Shown here one piece after another: positions 54,543-63,804 of a DNA stretch of 64,000 nucleotides. The notes under the pieces are model-generated. The model worked only from the letters and a program-made list of their open reading frames with translations. It was not told the origin of the DNA and did not search any database. Origin of the DNA: an uncultured Myxococcales bacterium (GTDB lineage: Bacteria; Myxococcota_A; UBA9042; UBA3505); contig CAZQPP010000001.1 of the NCBI GenBank assembly GCA_964594295.1, positions 5,039 through 69,038 on the forward strand, in the 5' to 3' direction. The translations under genes were made by a program, and so were the position numbers. Every line of letters begins with the position of its first letter. The first letter of the stretch is position 1.

Positions 54543-56288
54543 TTGCGGGCCGACAATGACTGCGCCGTGTTGGAGCTCCGGGTCGTGGGCTCCCTCGCGG
54601 GTACGTTCCGCGTGAAGCGCTACCAGCGCGGGTACCGCTGGGGCGAAGAGGAGGTGACGCGCCTGCTCGACGACATCTGGTGCAGCCGTGGGCAGCCCTA
54701 CTGCCTTCAACCCGTCGTGGTCAAGGCCGCCGGCCCCGATGAGTGGGAGCTGGTCGACGGCCAGCAACGCCTGACGACCCTGCTGCTGATCCTGCTGTAC
54801 ATGAAGCGAGCGGAGCTGAAGCGGATCGAGCCGAAGTACAGGATCCGCTACGACACCCGCCCCGAGCTCGCCAGGTACTTCGAGACCTTCGATCCCGACC
54901 TGGCCAAGACGAACATCGACCTGTACCACCTTCACCAGGCCTACTCGTGTATCGCCGGGTGGTTCGAGTCGCCGGACCGCGAGAACGGGGATCCTCAGCT
55001 GGCCGCCGACGACATCTACGGCTGCCTCAGCCGGACGGTGCGCGTGATCTGGTATCGCGTGCCGGAGGCGACCAGAGCCACGACGCTGTTCCGCCGGCTG
55101 AACGTGGGCAAGATCTCCTTGACCAACGCCGAGCTCGTCAAGGCGTTGCTGCTCTCGCGCAGCCGCTCGGAGGTGTCCGGATCGAGCCGCGCCGAGGAGC
55201 GGGCCGCGCAGTGGGACGCCATCGAGCGGGACCTGCAGGACGAAGACCTGTGGGCCTTTGTCAGCGACGGTCACGAGGCCGGCCGGGAGGCGACGCGTAT
55301 CTCCCTGCTGCTCGACACCCTCGCGGGCGGGCTCCGTGGGCGCAAGCGCCCCCGCGTCCACACCTTCGACGTGCTCCGCACCAGGATCGAGGCCGACGCC
55401 GAGGCATTCTGGACCAGCGTGGTAGACCTGTACGCCCGCATCCTCGGGTGGTTCGCCGACCGCAGCGTCTACCACAAGGTGGGTTACCTGGTCGCCACGG
55501 GCGTTGCGTTCGCCGACCTGGTCGGGCTGGCCGAGGGCAAACGCCGAAGCGAATTCGAGGGCGCGCTCGACGCGGCCATTCGTGACCGCCTGAGGTTGAC
55601 CGCCTCACGGGTACACGATCTGAGGTACGGGACGAGCGGGCACGAGGAGAAGCTGCACCGGCTCCTGCTGCTCATGAACGTCGAGAGCGTGCGACGGATG
55701 GAGAACACCTCCGAGCGGTATCCGTTCAGGCTGCACCGTGAGGGCACCGGGCGCGACAAGCCGCGCTGGTCGCTGGAGCACATCCACGCGCAGCACGCGG
55801 AGCAACTGAACAAGGAGGTCGAGAGGCGGAGCTGGCTGCAGGAGCACAAGCGCTCGTTGCAGGATCTGCCGGACTCAGCGGGCGCCGAGAATCGGAGCCT
55901 CCGCCGCCGCATCGACGTGGCGCTCGGCAAGGTTGACGGCGACACCTTCGACAAGCTGTCTGGCGATGTGGCCGCGCACTTCTCGCGCGACTCCGGCGCC
56001 GAGATGCACGCGATCGGCAACTTGGCCCTGCTGGAGAGTGGACAGAACACGGCGCTCTCCAACTCGGTCTTCGAGGTGAAGCGCCGCAAGATCCTCGAGC
56101 TTGACCGTGCCGGTGAGTACATCCCGATTTGCACGCGCCGCGTGTTCTTGAAGTACTACGCGGGTGCCGACGCGCAGCAGGTGCACTTCTGGAGCCGCCG
56201 CGACCGCGAGGCCTACCTGGATGCGATGTTGGGCAAGGAGCGCGGTGTGCTCCGCCCGTACCTCATGCCGGAGGCCGAAGGCGCATGA
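54543..56288 (+). CDS. GmrSD-family type IV restriction enzyme-like protein (DUF262 ParB-like N-terminal domain plus DUF1524 HNH-like C-terminal domain)
   Basis: ORF-track 581 aa. TTG start preceded by GGGAGG with a 5-nt spacer. DUF262 signature LVDGQQRLTTL. DUF1524 signature WSLEHIHAQH...GNLALLESGQNTALSN. Confidence 0.85.
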   Translation: MRADNDCAVLELRVVGSLAGTFRVKRYQRGYRWGEEEVTRLLDDIWCSRGQPYCLQPVVVKAAGPDEWELVDGQQRLTTLLLILLYMKRAELKRIEPKYRIRYDTRPELARYFETFDPDLAKTNIDLYHLHQAYSCIAGWFESPDRENGDPQLAADDIYGCLSRTVRVIWYRVPEATRATTLFRRLNVGKISLTNAELVKALLLSRSRSEVSGSSRAEERAAQWDAIERDLQDEDLWAFVSDGHEAGREATRISLLLDTLAGGLRGRKRPRVHTFDVLRTRIEADAEAFWTSVVDLYARILGWFADRSVYHKVGYLVATGVAFADLVGLAEGKRRSEFEGALDAAIRDRLRLTASRVHDLRYGTSGHEEKLHRLLLLMNVESVRRMENTSERYPFRLHREGTGRDKPRWSLEHIHAQHAEQLNKEVERRSWLQEHKRSLQDLPDSAGAENRSLRRRIDVALGKVDGDTFDKLSGDVAAHFSRDSGAEMHAIGNLALLESGQNTALSNSVFEVKRRKILELDRAGEYIPICTRRVFLKYYAGADAQQVHFWSRRDREAYLDAMLGKERGVLRPYLMPEAEGA

Positions 56289-58534
56289 AGTCCCGCCTGA
56301 CATCCTACTCCGCCTTGTTCGATGAACCGGGCGGCGGTCACCCCGCCGTGGAGGCGGTGGAGATCCCGCTGATCCAGCGTGACTACGCCCAGGGGCGGGA
56401 GGGCAAGAAGGTGGAGCGTATCCGCCGCGACTTCCTGACCGTCCTCCTCGAGGCCGTGGACGGAGGGGAGGCCGTCAACCTGGACTTCGTGTACGGCGAC
56501 GTCGAGGCAGGAGTGCTACGTCCCCTGGACGGGCAGCAGCGCCTGACCACGCTCTTCCTCCTGCACTGGTACCTGGCCTGGCGGATCGACCGCCCGCTGT
56601 CGGAGCTCGGCTGGACGCGTTTCACCTACGCCACCCGGGCCACGGCGCGCACCTTCTGCCAGCGCCTGGTCGCCAACAGGCCCCCGGCCGCGACGCCGAA
56701 TGTCTCCGAGTGGATCACGGACCAGCCCTGGTATCTGTATACCTGGGATCACGACCCGACCGTGAAGGCGATGCTGGTGATGCTGGACGCGATCCACGAG
56801 CGCTTCGGCGCGATCGACCACGCCGCCGCCTGGCACCGCCTGGTGGAGGCTTCGCCCGGGTCCGTCACCTTCCACCTGCTGCCGCTGGAGGGCATGGGGC
56901 TCAACGAGGACCTCTATATCAAGATGAACTCGCGCGGGAAGCCGCTGACCGAGTTCGAGAACTTCAAGGCGCGTTTCGAGGAGCTGCTCGAGGGGAGCTG
57001 TGAAGATCGCGTGGAGGAGGTCGCGCGCAAGATAGACACGACCTGGGCGGACGTGTTGTGGCCGTTTGACGGCGGAGACCACGTGGTCGACGACGAGTTC
57101 ATGCGCTACTTCCACTTCGTCACCGACGTGATCACGTGGGAGAACGGAGAGGACCCGACGAGTGACGTCGAGGCGCAGGCGACCAGGCTGTTCGGTCCCG
57201 AGGCCGACGTGCCCGCGGGGAACCTGGACCGCCTTGTCAGGATGTTCGACACCTGGGTCGGCGTGGACGTGAGGGCGGCCTTCGAGGCCCTGTTTCGCGG
57301 CCCCGACCAGGCGGAGAGCGCGAACGGGCCGCACCGCCCGGTGCTGTTCGAGGCGCCCGCGAACCTGTTCGAGGCCTGCTGTCGTGACTACGGACGCGTC
57401 CGTGGCAAGGCACGCGACTTCAGCTTGAGCTCCACCCTGCTGCTCTACGCGGTGCTCGTCCACCGCCTCGAAGGCACCGCCGACTTCCTGCGCCGCCTCC
57501 GCGTGCTCCGAAACCTGCTCGCTTTCGCGGGTAACGAACTGCGGGCCGACACCATGGCCCAGTTCGTCAGGGACGCGCGCGAGCTCGTCGTCACGGGATC
57601 TCTCGACGACCTGCCGGCCTTCACCCGCGCTCGAGTCGCCGAGGAGCGGGCGAAGCGGGATCTGGTCGGAACCCACCCGAACCTCGAGCCGACCCTGCAC
57701 CGCCTGGAGGACCACCCGCTGCTACAGGGCACGCTCGTCGTTTTCGAGCTCGACCCGGCCAGCCTGAAGCGGCGTGCCGACGCGTTCTTGCGTCTGTACG
57801 ACGGTCGATCTCGTTATCCAGAGGTCACCGGGGCGTTGCTGGCCTGCGGCGACTACTCCAGGCGCCAGCGCAACGAGCGCTACTTCCAGCTGGGCTCACC
57901 CAAGAACGACGGTCCCTGGCGGTTGCTGTTCACCGCCGACCCGCGGGACAAGCAGGCGCGAGCGCGCCGGGCGCTCGGTGCTCTGCTGGACGCCGTCGCC
58001 GCCCCCGACATCGGCGGAGCGTTGACCACGGTGCAACGGAGCTTCGTCGACGAATGCGAGCGCGCGGCCCGCTTCGACTGGCGCTACTACCTCGTCCGCT
58101 ATCCCGCGATGCGCACCGGCGACAACGGCGTCTACGTCGGCTGGGAGGGCAGGCTGCGCTACCAGATCTGTATGCTCCGCGGCGTGAGCGTGGCTGGCTA
58201 CTACCGTGACGCCTACCTGTGGGCGCTGCTCGAAGAGAGCGACGCTTCGGGGGCGGTCGAGGACACGTGGTTCACCGGGTACGAGCACCTGGAGCGCTGG
58301 ATTACGCTGAAGCGAAGCCGCGCCGGGATTCGGTGCGTGGACGAGGGCCTTCGGCTCGACCCGCCTCGTCGGGTCCGCCACCGGCGGGCTTGGGACGAGG
58401 TCTGCACCAGGCACGGTGTGGTCGACGGTCTGCTGCCCGTCCCCCAGACCGCGGGCGATCCGCCCGTCGACACGGTCGATCGCGTGTCGCTGGGAGCGGC
58501 ATTGCTCCGAGACCTCGTCCGGGCCGGGTGCTGA
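56285..58534 (+). CDS. DUF262 (ParB-like NTPase/nuclease) domain protein, second subunit of the GmrSD-like pair
   Basis: ATG 56285 (MKSRLTSYSALFDE...) overlaps the upstream stop (ATGA). The ORF track shows an over-extended 801-aa version starting at 56129. DUF262 signature PLDGQQRLTTLFLLH. ~749 aa. Confidence 0.8.
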   Translation: MKSRLTSYSALFDEPGGGHPAVEAVEIPLIQRDYAQGREGKKVERIRRDFLTVLLEAVDGGEAVNLDFVYGDVEAGVLRPLDGQQRLTTLFLLHWYLAWRIDRPLSELGWTRFTYATRATARTFCQRLVANRPPAATPNVSEWITDQPWYLYTWDHDPTVKAMLVMLDAIHERFGAIDHAAAWHRLVEASPGSVTFHLLPLEGMGLNEDLYIKMNSRGKPLTEFENFKARFEELLEGSCEDRVEEVARKIDTTWADVLWPFDGGDHVVDDEFMRYFHFVTDVITWENGEDPTSDVEAQATRLFGPEADVPAGNLDRLVRMFDTWVGVDVRAAFEALFRGPDQAESANGPHRPVLFEAPANLFEACCRDYGRVRGKARDFSLSSTLLLYAVLVHRLEGTADFLRRLRVLRNLLAFAGNELRADTMAQFVRDARELVVTGSLDDLPAFTRARVAEERAKRDLVGTHPNLEPTLHRLEDHPLLQGTLVVFELDPASLKRRADAFLRLYDGRSRYPEVTGALLACGDYSRRQRNERYFQLGSPKNDGPWRLLFTADPRDKQARARRALGALLDAVAAPDIGGALTTVQRSFVDECERAARFDWRYYLVRYPAMRTGDNGVYVGWEGRLRYQICMLRGVSVAGYYRDAYLWALLEESDASGAVEDTWFTGYEHLERWITLKRSRAGIRCVDEGLRLDPPRRVRHRRAWDEVCTRHGVVDGLLPVPQTAGDPPVDTVDRVSLGAALLRDLVRAGC

Positions 58535-58544
58535 CGGCCCGGCG

Positions 58545-59477
58545 TCACTTGAGGTCGCAGAGCTCCACCTCCTCCAGCCGAAACGGCGGTGGAGAAGGGG
58601 TGCGGGCAACGAGCACGGCGGCAAGCGCGGGAAGCTCCCTGCCGTGCCAGGGGCGCGTTCGACTCGTCGTCCACAGCCGCGCCCCGGCCTCGAAGACCAC
58701 GCGCAGATCGCAGGGCTCGGTCTCCGCGCCGCCCCCGAAGCGCAGGAGCATGCCGTCCTTTCCCTCGACGAGGTCGACTCCGCACATCGCTCGGCGCGAG
58801 GTGGCCTCTCCCGGCTCGTCCGTTGTCACACCCAGCAGGGGGATCCTGGCGAAAGGGGCGCGGATCGCATAGACGCTCCCGCCCTCTCCGACCTCGAAGC
58901 CAACCGGGTAGTCGTCGCCGCGGACCTCTCGTGTCCTCGCTGCGTGCTCTCCGGTCCACCGGAGAACAAAGCCCCCGCGCCAGGGGTCGAGGGCGAGCTT
59001 CCACGGTGGGCCTCCTGAGGCGAGGCTCTCGTAGAAACGCCTGAACATGCGCACGATTATCAGCAGGAAGACCTCGCCCTGCCTGAGCGTGTAGGGCACG
59101 TCGACCTCCGGCACGGGCCGGCGCTGCTCGGGGTCCAGGAAGAGCACGCGGTTGGGCCGCTCCTCCTTCGGGAGGGTGAAGAGGCTGCGCTGTGCCTCGA
59201 GGTCAAAGCCGGGGATGGGCGGCCGGCCGTCTCGGAGAGCCCCCTCCCAGTGTCCCTGCTCCATCTCGGCGATCGCGTACTTCAGCGGCCTTGGCGGCTC
59301 CGAGAACTCGGCGCGCACGTCCTCGATCGCCTTGTCCGACAGGTTGGGAAAGTGCACGCAGAGGGGGCGGATGGCTCGGAGCAGGAGCTCGTGCTCGCGA
59401 AGGCTCACGACCTCTTCGCGCAGCAACATCTCGAGGTAGGGGTCGATGGGGTGCATGGTGGCTGCGAAGGTTAGCAC
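58545..59477 (-). CDS. Hypothetical protein
   Basis: ORF-track 310 aa, GTG start; the internal ATG at 59456 is an alternative. No recognisable motif. Protein-like composition. Confidence 0.45.
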   Translation of the reverse strand: MLTFAATMHPIDPYLEMLLREEVVSLREHELLLRAIRPLCVHFPNLSDKAIEDVRAEFSEPPRPLKYAIAEMEQGHWEGALRDGRPPIPGFDLEAQRSLFTLPKEERPNRVLFLDPEQRRPVPEVDVPYTLRQGEVFLLIIVRMFRRFYESLASGGPPWKLALDPWRGGFVLRWTGEHAARTREVRGDDYPVGFEVGEGGSVYAIRAPFARIPLLGVTTDEPGEATSRRAMCGVDLVEGKDGMLLRFGGGAETEPCDLRVVFEAGARLWTTSRTRPWHGRELPALAAVLVARTPSPPPFRLEEVELCDLK

Positions 59478-59605
59478 GCCGTGCGGCTGAGGGTGCGGGC
59501 GAGGGCAGCGGTGAAGGCTCCGCTCTCCGGGAGCGTGTTAGGGTGCGAGGAGGCCCAAAGCCGCCACCAAGCCGGCGCGCGACTGTCGATTCTCTCCGGA
59601 GGCCC

Positions 59606-60340
59606 ATGAGAGCACAGCTTCTTTCCGACGCCCACCTGGAGTTCCACAGCGACGGAGGCCGCCGCTTCATCGTGAGCCTCGATCCCCGCGATGTGGACGT
59701 CTTGGTGCTGGCCGGGGATATCTGCGCCGGCGACCGGGCCGGCGCGACCCTCGCGGCCCTGTGCGCCCGCTTCCCCGAGGTCGTCTACGTCTACGGGAAC
59801 CACGAGCTCTACGGGAGCGACTTCGACAGCCTTCGGGGTGCGCTCGCCCACGCCGCCCGGGGCAACCCGAATCTCCACGTCCTCGACTGCGGCGTGGCGG
59901 AGATAGGCGGGGTGCGTTTCGTGGGCACTCCTCTGTGGTTCCCCTTCCAGGAGGACAACCACAAGTACCAGGCCGCCCTGAATGACTTCCGGCTGATCGC
60001 CGACTTCAGCTCGCGGGTCTACGAAGAGCACGAGCGCGCCACGCGTTTCCTCAGCGCAAACCTGCGCGAGGGTGATGTCGTGGTCACCCATCACCTCCCC
60101 AGCAGGAAGAGCGTGCCGCCGTGCTACGTGGATGACCCCCTGACCCGCTTCTTCGTCGCGCCGATGGACGAGCTGATCCGCCGCGCTCGACCTCGGCTGT
60201 GGCTTCACGGGCACACGCACGACAGCGCCGACTACCACCTTGGGTCGACGCGGGTGGTCGCCAACCCCACCGGGTACCACCCCTTCGCGCTCAACGAGAG
60301 CTACGAGGAGAAGCTGGTGATCGAGCTGGCCGCGCCTTGA
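59606..60340 (+). CDS. Calcineurin-like metallophosphoesterase
   Basis: ATG 59606 (MRAQLLSDAHLE...) with GGAGG upstream. The ORF-track entry 59192..60340 is over-extended. Motifs LSDAHL, AGDICAGD, YGNHE, VVTHHLP, LHGHTH. Confidence 0.8.
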   Translation: MRAQLLSDAHLEFHSDGGRRFIVSLDPRDVDVLVLAGDICAGDRAGATLAALCARFPEVVYVYGNHELYGSDFDSLRGALAHAARGNPNLHVLDCGVAEIGGVRFVGTPLWFPFQEDNHKYQAALNDFRLIADFSSRVYEEHERATRFLSANLREGDVVVTHHLPSRKSVPPCYVDDPLTRFFVAPMDELIRRARPRLWLHGHTHDSADYHLGSTRVVANPTGYHPFALNESYEEKLVIELAAP

Positions 60341-60365
60341 GCCTCTTCGAGGTGTTGGCATCGCC

Positions 60366-61286
60366 TCAGACCGGGTATGCCGCCAGGTGCACGAGCTCCT
60401 CGTCGGCCACGAGCGCCGAGCAGGTCATGCCGGCGGCTTCCATCCTCAGGTCCGTGCCGACACCGGGAGGGCGGTGACAGGACGGCGCGGCGCTCGCGAG
60501 GGCTGCGAGGAGCCTGGTGGGGTCGGGCAGCGCTTCGGGTCGCGCCGGAGAGTCCGAATCGGCGATGCTCGCGTCGAGTGCGTAGGAGCGGACGAGCTGC
60601 TCGTGGTGAGCTCGGTAGCACTCCTCCGACCCAAGCAGGTCGATGCCGAGGAGCTTGCCGTCGAGGAAAGCGGCGACGCCGGTCTGGCCTTCGCGCGGGG
60701 GCAGCGCGTGCACGTGCGCGTCAACCTCGCCGGTCGTGGCGTCGAGCACGTCGGACATGCAGGCGGTGCGTGACGTGACGCGGGTTACCGTCGACAGCTC
60801 GTCGACCTCGTGCCAAACGCTGCTCTGGCAAGCGTCGTAGGAGCCTCGCCGCCGCAGGCTCTCCAGCACCCGCACCTGCTTGTTGCGCCGCATGGTCGAG
60901 CTGAGGCCTCGCCTCTTGCTCCGGAACCTGCCGCTCCGCCGGGACCAACGGCCGGCCTCCACGCAGGAGACCGGGATGGACAGCTTGCTGCCCGGCGAGA
61001 CGAGGATAGTCGTGTTCACGATCCGGTTCTGCTTGGCGCCGATGAGCTCGGAGCCGTCGAGGAGCAGCAGGTGGCGCTGGCCCTCGTGCTTGACGAAGAG
61101 GGTCTGGACCCGACCGGCCTCGCTCACCTCGTCCACCACCGTGTCGCCTCGCTCGATGGCGTCGGCGAGGGCCGACACCTCCGGGCCGCTTGGAGGTCCG
61201 AACAAGGGCACGAGCAACAGGCTACCGTGCCCGACAGGCTCACCGGCCACTACCTCGAGAAGGGATTCAGGAAACAGAACGCTCAT
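60366..61286 (-). CDS. Hypothetical protein
   Basis: ATG 61286-61284 (MSVLFPESLL...) preceded by GGAGGTG. The ORF track is extended to 61358. No recognisable motif. Contains LLLLDGSELIGAKQNRIVNTTILV. Confidence 0.5.
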   Translation of the reverse strand: MSVLFPESLLEVVAGEPVGHGSLLLVPLFGPPSGPEVSALADAIERGDTVVDEVSEAGRVQTLFVKHEGQRHLLLLDGSELIGAKQNRIVNTTILVSPGSKLSIPVSCVEAGRWSRRSGRFRSKRRGLSSTMRRNKQVRVLESLRRRGSYDACQSSVWHEVDELSTVTRVTSRTACMSDVLDATTGEVDAHVHALPPREGQTGVAAFLDGKLLGIDLLGSEECYRAHHEQLVRSYALDASIADSDSPARPEALPDPTRLLAALASAAPSCHRPPGVGTDLRMEAAGMTCSALVADEELVHLAAYPV

Positions 61287-61476
61287 GGACACCTCCGAAT
61301 ACACGGCAGACGAAGCTCGGCTGCGCTTCTGACATCGGAGCCATGCCGGCAGGCCCACGTGTCCGCGGCCGGGGGGCGGCGCGCGAGCCTGTGGTGGCGT
61401 GTCCGTGGACCGTTGTTTGGGCCCGTAGTATCGTGCCTTCCAGCCGGATTGGGCCGGGTCGAACAGGGAGCACGAA

Positions 61477-62790
61477 ATGGGAATCGACTGGAACAGGCTG
61501 CGCTATCGCGGTGACCTGGCGGACGTCAGGACGCTCTTCGAGACCTACCGCGTCGAAGACTACCTCGACACGGTCGAGGAGAACCGGCGTCAGGTAGACC
61601 TGAGGCTCCGCGAGCAGCTGCTCAGCTCCGGAATTCGCCTGACGGAGAGGCTGTCGCCTCGAATCTACCGTCTCTACGGGGAGGTCTGCAGCGCCATCGA
61701 CATCGACTTCGAGGCCGAGGTCTTCTGCCTCCCCGACACGGACATCAACGCCTTCGCGATGCTCGATCTCAAGGAGAGCGGAGAGTTCTTCCTCATCGGC
61801 ATGACGGCCGGAGCCCTCGAGAAGCTCGACGACGCCGAGATCAAGGCCGTGCTCGGGCACGAGATCGGGCACTTCCTGTTCGGGAACAACCGCCTGAACG
61901 GGCTGATCTGTACCGACGACGAAAACCCCGCGGCCACCGTCCTACCCGCCTTCGGCGAGAGCCTCTTCTTGAGGTGGCGCAAGAAGGCCGAGATCAGCGC
62001 CGACAGGGTGGGCCTCGTCGCAAACCGCGACTTCGAGGCCGCCGCGCGAGGCCTGCTCAAGGCCACGTTCGGATTGAGCGAGCGAAACCTGAACCTCGAC
62101 ATCGAGGCCCTGCTCGCCCAGATCGACGAGGTCAAGGACAACCCCGAGCTGATCCAGGCGACCTTCGCGAGCCACCCGATCCTGCCGATCCGCCTGAAGT
62201 CCCTCGAGCTCTTCTCGAGGTCTCAGAAGGCGCGCGCCGCCAGCCTCAAGGTTCGGGGCAGGCCCTTGTCCGACAAGAGGCTCGAGGACTCGGTCGACGA
62301 GCTCATCAAGCTGACTCGCAGGCACCCATTCGATCCTGTCGCGAAGGCCGTCATGGAGGTCGTGGCCTGCGGGGGCGCGCTTGTCCTCGGCGCGGACGGT
62401 GACGTGCACGACGAGGAGGTCAAGGTCCTCATTCAGATCCTCCACAGGTGGTTTACCGACGAGCCCGAAGACGTGATCACCGTGGACAAGGCGGAGATCG
62501 AGAAGAGGCTCCCGGCGGCCATCGAGGTGGTCAACGAGGAGGGGGGCCACGAGGACAAGGGCTTCATCCTGTCGCGGCTCGCCGACGTGGCGATGGCTGA
62601 CGGCGCGCTCGTGGACGTGGAGGGAACGGTCATCCTCGACATCGGGGAAGCCTTGGAGCTCTCCTCGAAGAGGACCTACGGCGTCATGGTCGGGGCGGCA
62701 CAGTCGGTGGGCTTCAGGACGGACGTGCGCCTGAGCCGCATGGCTCAGCAGGTGCGCGAAGAGCTGCGTGTAGGGTTCGGGTTGTCCTGA
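61477..62790 (+). CDS. M48-family (HtpX/Ste24-like) zinc metallopeptidase with a C-terminal TerB-like domain
   Basis: ORF-track 437 aa. GGGAG lies 6 nt before the ATG. HExxH in AVLGHEIGHFLFGNN. Downstream EISADRVGL. C-terminal ~150 aa (DEEVKVLIQILHRWF...LSRLADVAMADGAL) is TerB-like. Confidence 0.8.
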   Translation: MGIDWNRLRYRGDLADVRTLFETYRVEDYLDTVEENRRQVDLRLREQLLSSGIRLTERLSPRIYRLYGEVCSAIDIDFEAEVFCLPDTDINAFAMLDLKESGEFFLIGMTAGALEKLDDAEIKAVLGHEIGHFLFGNNRLNGLICTDDENPAATVLPAFGESLFLRWRKKAEISADRVGLVANRDFEAAARGLLKATFGLSERNLNLDIEALLAQIDEVKDNPELIQATFASHPILPIRLKSLELFSRSQKARAASLKVRGRPLSDKRLEDSVDELIKLTRRHPFDPVAKAVMEVVACGGALVLGADGDVHDEEVKVLIQILHRWFTDEPEDVITVDKAEIEKRLPAAIEVVNEEGGHEDKGFILSRLADVAMADGALVDVEGTVILDIGEALELSSKRTYGVMVGAAQSVGFRTDVRLSRMAQQVREELRVGFGLS

Positions 62791-62820
62791 CCCGGGCCCG
62801 CCTCCCGGCGCGGCTGCTCC

Positions 62821-63360
62821 CTACTTCGGCTTGTCCTGCTTGAGGATCACGAACTCGACGCGGCGGTTGCGCTGGTGATCCTCTTTGGTCTCGGCGCCCT
62901 TCACGAGCGGTCTCGAGAAGCCGAAGCCCTTCGAGCTCAGGCGTGACCTGCTGATGCCGTTCTTGACCAGGTAGCGCAGGACGGCCCGCGCGCGCCCCGC
63001 CGAGAGCTTGAGGCTGTCGGCGGCCTTGCCCCGCTCGTCGGTGTGGCCCTCGATGCGGACCTTCAAGATCTGGGGGTTCTCCTCCAAGACCTTCTTCGCC
63101 TCGTCGAGCAGGGGGAAGCTCTCGGGCTTGATCCTGGTCTCGTTGAAGTAGAAGAGGACCTCCAGGAGGTTCACGGTCAGCGGCTTGGCCTCGGGCTTCG
63201 CCACCTGGTCGAAGGTGATCTCGACGTTCGCGCCTGTCGCCGCCGCGAGCGCGTTTCGAGTAGGCGAGAGGGGCTGGGGAACGAGCTGCTGGGCCTGCGC
63301 GAGCTCCGACCACAAGACACGCGTTGCCGCCAGAAGCGGGGCAAAACCCGCCCAATTCAA
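62821..63360 (-). CDS. OmpA-like (peptidoglycan-binding) domain protein with a probable signal peptide
   Basis: The ORF-track 356 aa is over-extended. The plausible start is TTG ~63360 (LNWAGFAPLLAATRVLWSELAQA, signal-like). The C-terminal OmpA_C signature is IEGHTDERGKAADSLKLSAGRARAVLRYLVKNGISRSRL...NRRVEFVI. The start codon is uncertain. Confidence 0.6.
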   Translation of the reverse strand: MNWAGFAPLLAATRVLWSELAQAQQLVPQPLSPTRNALAAATGANVEITFDQVAKPEAKPLTVNLLEVLFYFNETRIKPESFPLLDEAKKVLEENPQILKVRIEGHTDERGKAADSLKLSAGRARAVLRYLVKNGISRSRLSSKGFGFSRPLVKGAETKEDHQRNRRVEFVILKQDKPK

Positions 63361-63582
63361 ACGGTTTTTCAGTTCAATCCCCTTCCCGATCAGTAGAGAG
63401 AGCCTCTTTTGGCCTAGCCCATTGCCGGAACCGTGAACCCAAGGTGAAGGTTGCCGGATAGCAAGAGATGCACTCCCTGACAGCGACGAGCCCCGCACGC
63501 GCGCGCGTGGCCCAGCCCTCGGGCCCTCGGACCCTCGCCGTGGCTCGAAGTCCGCACCCGGGCCTCGCAGGAGCCGCCCAAC

Positions 63583-63804
63583 GTGGTCTGCCCCGAGCCG
63601 GCCTGGCGCCTGGGCCGGCCCTCCTGTACTGAGGCCGGCATGTGGAACCAGCGCTACGACACCGAAGAGTACGTGTACGGCACCGAGCCAAACGGCTTCC
63701 TGGCCGAGGCCTGCGCGCAGATCCCGGCCGGGCCGGTGGTCTGCCTCGGCGCCGGCGAGGGCCGCAACGCCGTCTTCCTGGCCGAACGAGGCGCCCGTGC
63801 CTGA
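63583..63804 (+). pseudogene. N-terminal fragment of a class I SAM-dependent methyltransferase (ends right after motif I)
   Basis: ORF-track 73 aa. MWNQRYDTEEYVYGTEPNGFLAE...VVCLGAGEGRNAVFLAERGA matches a Gly-rich SAM-binding motif I, then terminates. The downstream frame switches into gshA. Confidence 0.4.

Noticed and set aside
59192-59605. N-terminal 138-aa extension of the metallophosphoesterase ORF
   Set aside because: It is Arg/Ala/Gly-rich and overlaps the divergent 58545-59477 gene. A conserved phosphoesterase N-terminus (MRAQLLSDAHLE) begins at ATG 59606 with GGAGG upstream.
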